A DNA stretch of 63,721 nucleotides from Phycisphaerae bacterium (GTDB lineage Bacteria; Planctomycetota; Phycisphaerae; UBA1845), in contig JAZGDL010000435.1 of NCBI GenBank assembly GCA_036477795.1, positions 1 through 63,721 on the forward strand, read 5' to 3'. Below, piece after piece: positions 57,257-63,721 of this stretch; the stretch's first letter is position 1; every line of letters starts with the position of its first letter. Under the pieces are notes generated by a model that made no database searches, had not been told where the DNA came from, and worked only from the letters and a program-made list of their open reading frames with translations. A program made the translations under genes and the position numbers.

Positions 57257-57736
57257 TCACAGTGGGACGAATCGAGTTACGTCGATCGCGGTACTACGGC
57301 CGGTGCCACCGACGGCACGGAGGTACCGCTGCACGTAGCCGAGCGTGGGGTGGAAACGAACGCGAAGGAAGGTGGTGCTGCGGTCGCCGCCGAAGGGGTT
57401 GGAGGGGCCGTGCAGCACTTCCAGCTCACGTTCGAGCGTATTGAATATGCCTTCGACCGTGAAATCGCCGGGGCGATTGCTGGTGGTGGGATCACCGTTT
57501 CGGGTGAGCTCCAGCACCCGGCCGCGGCGCACGTGCACGCGGTAATGGCCACCCATCATTTCAAATTCCATTTCGTATTCAGCCGGTCCTACGCTGGCCC
57601 ATCTGGCCCGTGCAGCCTCGAGTGCTTCGGCGGCCAGGGGTTCCATCGGTTTGCGGGCATAGACGAGCAACCCGGCAGGTAGCCCGACCAGGATCACCGC
57701 CGCGATGCCCAACGTGCGTTTGGTAAGGTGAAACAT
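57257..57736 (-). CDS. Membrane-anchored hypothetical protein
   Basis: 159-aa ORF with an N-terminal TM segment (LGIAAVILVGLPAGLLVYA) and a globular remainder. No family assigned with confidence. Confidence 0.6.
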   Translation of the reverse strand: MFHLTKRTLGIAAVILVGLPAGLLVYARKPMEPLAAEALEAARARWASVGPAEYEMEFEMMGGHYRVHVRRGRVLELTRNGDPTTSNRPGDFTVEGIFNTLERELEVLHGPSNPFGGDRSTTFLRVRFHPTLGYVQRYLRAVGGTGRSTAIDVTRFVPL

Positions 57737-57833
57737 GGTGCCCGGGACATCCTAAGCAAGCAGTTCAGACGCGTAGGGCCCGCCATGCGGACCACGAACG
57801 CTACAAGAGCAATGTAACACTTTTCGACCTGTA

Positions 57834-58316
57834 TCATAGCGGGATGAGACGGCTCAAATGATGGGCGCAGTGAATGCGGTGCAGATGGTCCCATTCAGGC
57901 CGGGTGAGCCGGCCGAAGAAAGGGTGAAAGTGCAACGGGCCGGTGTGTGATTGAAAGCGATCGATGGCCGATGCCAGACGTTTGACGGTGGCTTCGGAAT
58001 CGGGTTGGGCCGGCGGGTTCAGTTTCTCGGTGACGGTAAACCCGGAGTCGATGCTGTCGGTCTGGAACACACGCCGGAGGGCGGTGCGGCCGAACAACAC
58101 GCGCATCAACCGGTGACGGCGAACGCCGAACCCGTCCATCGATCCGGTGAAACTGTCCGCCAGATGGACGCAAACCTGGGCCAAGGTCCACCGCCCGGTG
58201 CTTCGATGGCCGCCGGCTTGCAGCCGCTCAACCTCCGGCATTACCTCGGACAGGTCCGCAAAGACCAGGTCTCTCCTACCGTCAACAGTTCTTGAGTTAT
58301 CCGGACCGGCACTCAT
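57834..58316 (-). CDS. DUF1569 / DinB-superfamily protein
   Basis: WTLAQVCVHLADSF and HFHPFFGRLTRPEWDHLHRIHCAHHLS match the DUF1569 pattern. The start overlaps the upstream stop (ATGA at 58313-58316). Confidence 0.75.
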   Translation of the reverse strand: MSAGPDNSRTVDGRRDLVFADLSEVMPEVERLQAGGHRSTGRWTLAQVCVHLADSFTGSMDGFGVRRHRLMRVLFGRTALRRVFQTDSIDSGFTVTEKLNPPAQPDSEATVKRLASAIDRFQSHTGPLHFHPFFGRLTRPEWDHLHRIHCAHHLSRLIPL

Positions 58317-59122
58317 CTCGACGGGTCGCCCGCAAGGGGAGCACTACAGATTGTGCGGCCGTCCAGCCAGTGCGTCTGCGGGTACCCGTTCGGTGATGGG
58401 TCGGGACTCATGACATGCCTGGCAACGACGCTCTTTATGAAGGGTTTGTTGGTGCAGTCGGTGTGGGATCCGGTCCAGCCGTAGCGGATGTACTTTCGGC
58501 TCCAGGGGATGTTCACCACGCGACCGGCCATGCCGGGGGGCCTATCGAGACCGACCAGGCCGGCGGACTTGACGCCGTGTTTGCCGTCGATAGTGCCGAT
58601 GACCGTCACTCCTTCAAGGATCAGATCGTGCGGTGAGTGATAGACGTAGATGTTCCCGTCCATGTTGTTCAGGGCTTTGCGAACGTCGTAATTGTGAGAG
58701 AGTGACGACCCCAGCAGTACCAGGTTGTTGATTGTGGTGTCGGCGTCCAGGCCTTCGACCGCCCAGACAGCCACGCCGGTGCCGGCGGACAGGGCGATGA
58801 TGTTGAGCTGGCTGTCCGGGTACTTGCGACGGTAGCGCTTGATACGGCCGGTAAGGGCCAGGGCCCGAAGCTTGGCGGCGCCGATGTTGAGCTGATCGAT
58901 GAGAGGGACCAGCGAAGTGGTCCAGATGTAGATTTCAACGTCGCCGGCATAGCCCGCCTCTTTGAGCCCGTTAGGAACGCTGGAGGCGCCGAAACCCCAG
59001 TTGCCGGCGCCGTCCAGGTAGAAGGTCTTGCCGAACGATTCAGCGGGACGACGGCCGGTGGCGCATCCGGTAAGAACGGCCAATGATATGATGGTTGTCA
59101 GTTGGAAAACCGTGCGCCTCAT
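58313..59122 (-). CDS. Lipoprotein with a probable alpha/beta-hydrolase fold
   Basis: Lipobox AVLTGC. The nucleophile-elbow-like motif is IIALSAGTG. Secondary-structure periodicity is typical of the alpha/beta fold. Catalytic assignment is tentative. Confidence 0.65.
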   Translation of the reverse strand: MRRTVFQLTTIISLAVLTGCATGRRPAESFGKTFYLDGAGNWGFGASSVPNGLKEAGYAGDVEIYIWTTSLVPLIDQLNIGAAKLRALALTGRIKRYRRKYPDSQLNIIALSAGTGVAVWAVEGLDADTTINNLVLLGSSLSHNYDVRKALNNMDGNIYVYHSPHDLILEGVTVIGTIDGKHGVKSAGLVGLDRPPGMAGRVVNIPWSRKYIRYGWTGSHTDCTNKPFIKSVVARHVMSPDPSPNGYPQTHWLDGRTICSAPLAGDPSR

Positions 59123-59335
59123 AACCGTCCCCTCGCGTTAGCAAGTGCCGGCTCCCCATCGCCACACCCGTGCTCGCCCTAACGTTGGTGCAAGATAAGT
59201 GTACGATATCGCTGTCGCCGGTCAAGGACTAATCAAGTGGTGCGGTCACCAGGGGTGCGTGGATCGTCGTGTCCCCCACCTCGAAACGAGGCGGGCCATC
59301 CGCCGTGCGTGACACTTTCGGCGGACGGTGCCTGT

Positions 59336-60859
59336 TTAGAATCCGTTGTTGCGGAACCAGATCACGGCGTCGTTGGTGACACCGGAACGCCCACGCCGGT
59401 CCAGGGTGCCGATGATGTCCACCAGACCGTCACCGTCCAGGTCCACGATTTCGATTCCGTTAATGATCGTTCCAGGGGCTGCCACTTCTGACGGGTCGAC
59501 GTTGGGGTCGGTGAGTGCCGGAGTCGCGGCACCTTCGTCGTCGATGATCAGTGTTTCGTCCCACTGTTCAAACACCGTGCTGGAGGGGAAGGGGGCCAGG
59601 GCGACCAGGGCACCGGCGGCGCTGGCCACCACCTCGAGCTGACCGTCGCCGTCGAGGTCGGCCACCTTGAGTGCTCTCGGGGCGCTGGTGTTGAACTCCG
59701 CAATGGTGAAGACCTGCCAGGGCAGACCGCGGATGGGGTCGGTAGTGGGGTTCTGGGGCCCCTTGAACCAGACGATCAATTGCCCGGCGGTGGAACGGGC
59801 CACGACGTCGGCGATGCCGTCGTTGTCGATGTCGCCCATGGCGATGACATCGATGCCCGGCTCGATCTGGCCCACGGTACCGCGCTGCCAGGTTCCGTCG
59901 CTGATGTGGAAGAAGTCGGGTACGTCGATAGTGGGGTTGCGATGCCAGCGGAGGCGTTGGCCTCGGGCGGTGGGATAGGTGGACACTATGTCCACGTCAC
60001 CGTCGCGATCAATGTCGGCAGTAGCAACCCACTTGATCGGCGGGGCGTCCAAATCGATCGGAATCGCCGCCCAAGCGTTGGATTGCCGTGCGGTGTCGGG
60101 ACCGGGATTGACGTAGTACTCAACGCGGTTGCCGCCGCCTTCGCAATCGTTGGCGTTGAAGGCCACGACGATGTCCAGACCGTCTTGGCCGTCAATGTCC
60201 GCCAGGGCCATGCTGGTAAAACCACCAGCTTCCGGGTTGGAGGGGTCCGCGGGTGAGGCGCCGGCGGTCTCCGTTTGAGACAGGGGGACCTGCTCCCAGG
60301 CCAGCGCGTTGGTGGCGTTGGCAGCATCGTCAGGTCCGAAGAATATGATGATCACACCAGAGGGTGCGTCCTGGGCTTCGAGTATTTCGCCGGTCAGGCG
60401 ACATCGGGCAAAGGTACCGTTATCTTTGATCATGGCTACTATATCGTTCCTGCCGTCGCCGTCCATGTCGGCGATCTCCAGCCCGGATACGATGGTGATG
60501 GGGAAATCGCCCGCCAGCGTGACGGTCTCAAACGTGATGGTCTCAGACGGTGTGCCGGCATTGACGCGCCTCTGGAAATGAATCTGCAGAGGCTTGGATT
60601 CGTTCCAGGCGGTGGCCAGGTCCAGCATGCCGTCCCCGTCGACGTCGCCCGAGGTGACGAACGCGGGGCCCGACGAATCCTCGTTTCGCGGATCAACCTG
60701 AATGGCGGTGAATTCACCGCGTCCCACCGCGCCCGCCGAGCCGTCGAGAAAAAGATTCAAGATGCGTTCAGGAACGAAGGGGATGATGACCTGACAGCCG
60801 GCCAGGGCCGCAGCCAACAGGACCGGTAATGTGAAGCCCAGCATGCGCTTTGTGTTCAT
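59336..60859 (-). CDS. FG-GAP/VCBS repeat lipoprotein (7-bladed propeller-like)
   Basis: AAGGTGGA SD lies before the ATG at 60859. Lipobox LAGC. Seven Ca-loop motifs are present (DVDGDGMLDL, DMDGDGRNDIV, DIDGQDGLDIV, DIDRDGDVDIV, DIDNDGIADVV, DLDGDGQLEVV, DLDGDGLVDII). The longest ORF reaches 60922. Confidence 0.85.
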   Translation of the reverse strand: MNTKRMLGFTLPVLLAAALAGCQVIIPFVPERILNLFLDGSAGAVGRGEFTAIQVDPRNEDSSGPAFVTSGDVDGDGMLDLATAWNESKPLQIHFQRRVNAGTPSETITFETVTLAGDFPITIVSGLEIADMDGDGRNDIVAMIKDNGTFARCRLTGEILEAQDAPSGVIIIFFGPDDAANATNALAWEQVPLSQTETAGASPADPSNPEAGGFTSMALADIDGQDGLDIVVAFNANDCEGGGNRVEYYVNPGPDTARQSNAWAAIPIDLDAPPIKWVATADIDRDGDVDIVSTYPTARGQRLRWHRNPTIDVPDFFHISDGTWQRGTVGQIEPGIDVIAMGDIDNDGIADVVARSTAGQLIVWFKGPQNPTTDPIRGLPWQVFTIAEFNTSAPRALKVADLDGDGQLEVVASAAGALVALAPFPSSTVFEQWDETLIIDDEGAATPALTDPNVDPSEVAAPGTIINGIEIVDLDGDGLVDIIGTLDRRGRSGVTNDAVIWFRNNGF

Positions 60860-60893
60860 TTCTTCCACCTTGGGCGGCGCGATTTGGCGCCGC

Positions 60894-62699
60894 TTATGGG
60901 CAACCGGGGACCAGTGGGGCATCCAGCCCCACGTCCTCGGGCAGTAGCACGTTTCGGAACCAGATGATGACGTCGGTGCTCAATCCGCTGAGGGAGCGGC
61001 GGTCGACCGTGGCGATGATGTCGTTGGCGCCGTCGCAGTCGAGATCCAGAACCAGGACGTCGTTGATGAACGCGGGGCCTGCGGCTGCGAACAACGACGT
61101 TTCCAGTTGGGCGTCGTCCACAATCAGATTGGAGGACCACTCGTCGAATACGGTGGGGGCGGTGCTGGAGTCGATCCAGAAGACCGAACCCTCGGCGGCC
61201 AGCAGCAGCTCAAGCTGGCCGTCGAAATTGATGTCCCCCAGGGCGATGCCCAACGGCAACTGATCGGCCAGCTCAAAGAGGGTGTAGACCGCCCAGGGAA
61301 TGTCGGCGAAGACATCGGTGACGTTGAGCTCGTCGTCGGGGCTGGGATGGCGGAACCATTGGATCACCCTGCCCCCGTTGGACCGCAAGACGATGTCATC
61401 AAAGCCGTCGCCGTCGACATCGCCGACGGCCATCACGTCGGTGCCGCCGTCGACCTGACCGACGGGGTGACGCGTCCAGACGCGGTCGTCGATAACGCCC
61501 GTTTCACTGGGGTTCTCCAGCCAGGAGATGTTCCGGGTGATGGCGTCGACACGGGTTACGTACACATCCAGGTCTCCGTCCCCGTCAATGTCGTTGAGCA
61601 CGATGTCCTTGAGCAAGGGTGCGTTCCGGTCCAGGATGATTTGGTTCCAGACCTCGCCGTCCCGGGCCGCGGCAGCACCGGGATTGGGATAAAGCTCAAC
61701 CTCGTTGATGCCGTTGTGGCAGGGGTCCTTGGCCACATTGGCGGTAATGAGAATGTCCGGAAGACCATCACCGTTGATATCGCCCACGGCGAGCGCGTTC
61801 ATTCCACCGTTTTCAGGTATATCCATGGCCCGCCCGTCGCCGAACGGGATGCCGGGGAAATTGTCATCGATGAGTGCCAGAATACTTATCTCTTCTTCGC
61901 ACTCGACGTCGTCACACAGCTCGCCCGCACAGATTGTGTCACCTCCGCAACCGGGCAGGACCGCGTCAACGCAAGCGGTGCGGGCGTCCTCAACGCATTC
62001 CCGTAGACGTTCTTCGATGACCTGGCGGTCGGGTAACTTGTTCCTTCCGAAGAGTGAGGCCACCAGCCGCACCTGTTCCCAATCGCCGCCGACGGTGACA
62101 TCGCCCGCCGGTGCAAAGAGGATGACGATCTCGCCGACGAAACTGGCCGGCTGTTCCGTGCCGTTGCCGGGGCAGATGGCCAGGCCGCCGTTGTGCTTGA
62201 CCAGCAGGACGATGTCCAGCCGGCCGTCCTGGTCGATGTCGGCAAGTTCGATGCCGGCCATGATGGCCAGCGGAGAGGTCCCGTCGATCTGAACGCTCTG
62301 GAACAAAACACGGTCCTGGTCGTCGCGGCGCTGCAACTGCAACTGGATCACCTGAGACTGGTTCCAAACCGAGGCCAGGTCAGGAAACCCGTCACGGTCG
62401 ATATCGCCCCAGGCCACGAATTTGGGGCCGGCGCTGTCCTCGCTGAAAGGATCGATCGAACGGGCGGCGAAGAAGCTGTCGGTGGCGACCTCGTCCTCCG
62501 CTTGGGGCTCAAAAGGAACGATGGTGCCGGCACCTTCACCGACGGTGAAGAAGCTGCCCAGGTCCACAAAACCGCCCTCAACCGGCATGATAGCCACGGT
62601 GGTATCGTCCCCCCCGCCGCCGATGAACATGGCGCAACCAAGTGTGAACATGCCGCAAAGCACTGCGCAACCGATCGGTTTGACAATCCTGGTCCTCAT
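60894..62699 (-). CDS. FG-GAP/VCBS repeat lipoprotein, tandem paralogue with a Cys-rich insert
   Basis: GGAGA SD lies before the ATG at 62699. Lipobox FTLGC. Motifs DIDRDGFPDL, DIDQDGRLDIV, DINGDGLPDIL, DIDGDGDLDVY, DVDGDGFDDIV, DINFDGQLELL, DLDCDGANDII. The longest ORF reaches 62774. Confidence 0.85.
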   Translation of the reverse strand: MRTRIVKPIGCAVLCGMFTLGCAMFIGGGGDDTTVAIMPVEGGFVDLGSFFTVGEGAGTIVPFEPQAEDEVATDSFFAARSIDPFSEDSAGPKFVAWGDIDRDGFPDLASVWNQSQVIQLQLQRRDDQDRVLFQSVQIDGTSPLAIMAGIELADIDQDGRLDIVLLVKHNGGLAICPGNGTEQPASFVGEIVILFAPAGDVTVGGDWEQVRLVASLFGRNKLPDRQVIEERLRECVEDARTACVDAVLPGCGGDTICAGELCDDVECEEEISILALIDDNFPGIPFGDGRAMDIPENGGMNALAVGDINGDGLPDILITANVAKDPCHNGINEVELYPNPGAAAARDGEVWNQIILDRNAPLLKDIVLNDIDGDGDLDVYVTRVDAITRNISWLENPSETGVIDDRVWTRHPVGQVDGGTDVMAVGDVDGDGFDDIVLRSNGGRVIQWFRHPSPDDELNVTDVFADIPWAVYTLFELADQLPLGIALGDINFDGQLELLLAAEGSVFWIDSSTAPTVFDEWSSNLIVDDAQLETSLFAAAGPAFINDVLVLDLDCDGANDIIATVDRRSLSGLSTDVIIWFRNVLLPEDVGLDAPLVPGCP

Positions 62700-63052
62700 C
62701 GTGGGATTCTCCGCCGCAGGCGATTGTTTATTCGTGGTCCTAGTCCCGTTCATCGGCCCAATGATCCTCATCACTTGGGATAACAGGATCCTCCGGAAAT
62801 CTGCCGTTCACCAGCCTGCCCCAAAGGGGTCTGTTGCTATGAATCCGTCAAGGTCCGTCGGGGCGGCCGCGCCCGACCCCGTTGGCTGGCGCATTGTAAG
62901 TGTAGCCAGGCACTTGTGGTAGTGAAATCTCTCGGGCACTGCAACACCACCAAAATCGCCCTTTTTCGACGTCCTGGTTCGATTTCCGGTATGCCGCGCC
63001 TCCGCTCGGGCGAGCAACCGACCGTCACGGTGCACACAGCAGGCTAGATGCC

Positions 63053-63136
63053 CTACCGGGCGCTATCAATCAGGAAGTCGAGAAGCGAAAAAACAATGGT
63101 CAGAATCGTTCCGAAAATCGCTATCAAAATGCGCAT
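63053..63136 (-). CDS. Possible 27-aa hydrophobic micro-ORF
   Basis: AAGGA lies 6 nt upstream of the ATG. The peptide is MRILIAIFGTILTIVFSLLDFLIDSAR. It sits in a locally AT-richer patch and was absent from the ORF track because of its size. Confidence 0.2.
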   Translation of the reverse strand: MRILIAIFGTILTIVFSLLDFLIDSAR

Positions 63137-63429
63137 CCCACATCCTTTCCAGCGTTGTCTGCGACGGGGTGGCGTGGGCAGGCATCCTGCCCGTCCTTTC
63201 ACACGCGCGTGCAGGGGCAAGCGTGGCTAGCTTACGCCACCCCGTCGGGCCCAATCGGCCTGTGTCGGCGGGGATTCTAACATTATCCGAACTGGACGCC
63301 AACCATTGGCCAGGATCGACCTCAGCCCCCCTTGATGGTTATCATGCATCTTAGGGACGTGACTGGTGTGAAACGATCACCGCATGACGCTCGCGACGGT
63401 TTCCGAAAGTCGAACGAGGTTACGAAGAC

Positions 63430-63721
63430 ATGTCTCGGGATGGTTATCTCCTGCAAGCGGACCGCGAGCTTCTCGCCCAGTCCGAGGTTGACACCTTTCG
63501 GGCCCGTGGCCCCGGCGGGCAGAAGCGCAACAAGACGGACTCGGCGGTCCGTTTGCGGCATCGGCCGACTCACCTGATGGTGCTCGCGGTGGAGAGCCGA
63601 TCGCAACACGAGAACCGCGCACGGGCGCTGAAGCGCTTGCGGCGGGCGATCGCACTGCACGTCCGAACACCGGTTGACGTAGCCCGGTATGAGCCGGGAG
63701 CGGTGGTGGCCCAATGTCTGG
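63430..63721 (+). CDS. RF-1 domain (GGQ) peptide-chain-release-factor-like protein, 5' part, runs off the window
   Basis: [70 protein letters not shown]. The GGQ motif and flanking NK..SAVRL.H.PT are typical of the ArfB/PrfH-like family. The ORF is open to the window end. Confidence 0.8.
   Translation, partial: MSRDGYLLQADRELLAQSEVDTFRARGPGGQKRNKTDSAVRLRHRPTHLMVLAVESRSQHENRARALKRLRRAIALHVRTPVDVARYEPGAVVAQCL

Noticed and set aside
41798-62006. Antisense or alternate-frame ORFs 41798-42754(-), 43700-44314(-), 48101-48943(-), 52875-53774(-), 56241-56957(-), 59780-60829(+), 61107-62006(+), 62193-62783(+), and 5097-5924(+)
   Set aside because: Each overlaps a better-supported gene (fibre, kinase, PEP-CTERM, FG-GAP) on the other strand or frame and lacks motifs.
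63322-63714. 130-aa minus-strand ORF at the window end
   Set aside because: It is antisense to the GGQ release-factor-like ORF, which has an unambiguous catalytic motif.

Overview
GC-rich bacterial chromosomal segment. The gene content suggests a Planctomycetota-like organism (inference): a DUF1559/H-X9-DG prepilin-like protein, a PEP-CTERM protein, an ECF sigma factor paired with a Ser/Thr kinase, FG-GAP lipoproteins and Cys-rich secreted proteins. About 39% of the window is one uninterrupted 24,753-nt ORF (13281-38033, 8250 aa). It has an N-terminal LEPRVLLS-type motif, RTX blocks, an FG-GAP propeller, LRR, ELWxxDG repeats, a PKD array, a dockerin-like C-terminus and an unassigned ~110-aa module present about 6 times. 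Head-to-head with it is a four-gene minus-strand operon: a DUF3467 protein, a GAF-HlyD fusion, a PqqD-like/M50 protease/HlyD fusion and a truncated SecA-like ATPase. No ABC transporter or TolC is in the window. I consider this operon the best candidate for an undescribed export or processing system. Flanking the giant gene are four secreted fibre genes and one truncated copy. They share one N-terminal domain but end in different C-terminal modules, three of them phage-derived (S74 chaperone, tail collar, G2 chaperone). Three consecutive genes end in dockerin-like EF-hand pairs, and one of them has a cohesin-like body. Also present are lexA (with a near-consensus promoter and palindrome about 230 nt upstream), two Ser/Thr kinases, tandem FG-GAP lipoproteins and a partial RF-1/GGQ protein at the 3' edge. 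There are several palindromic repeat families, one bounded by TAGCAGTACAGCGCAAGGTC termini, and decayed fragments of a fibre gene, a kinase and a transposase. No rRNA, tRNA or CRISPR array was recognised. All domain calls come from motif recognition by eye, with no database searches.
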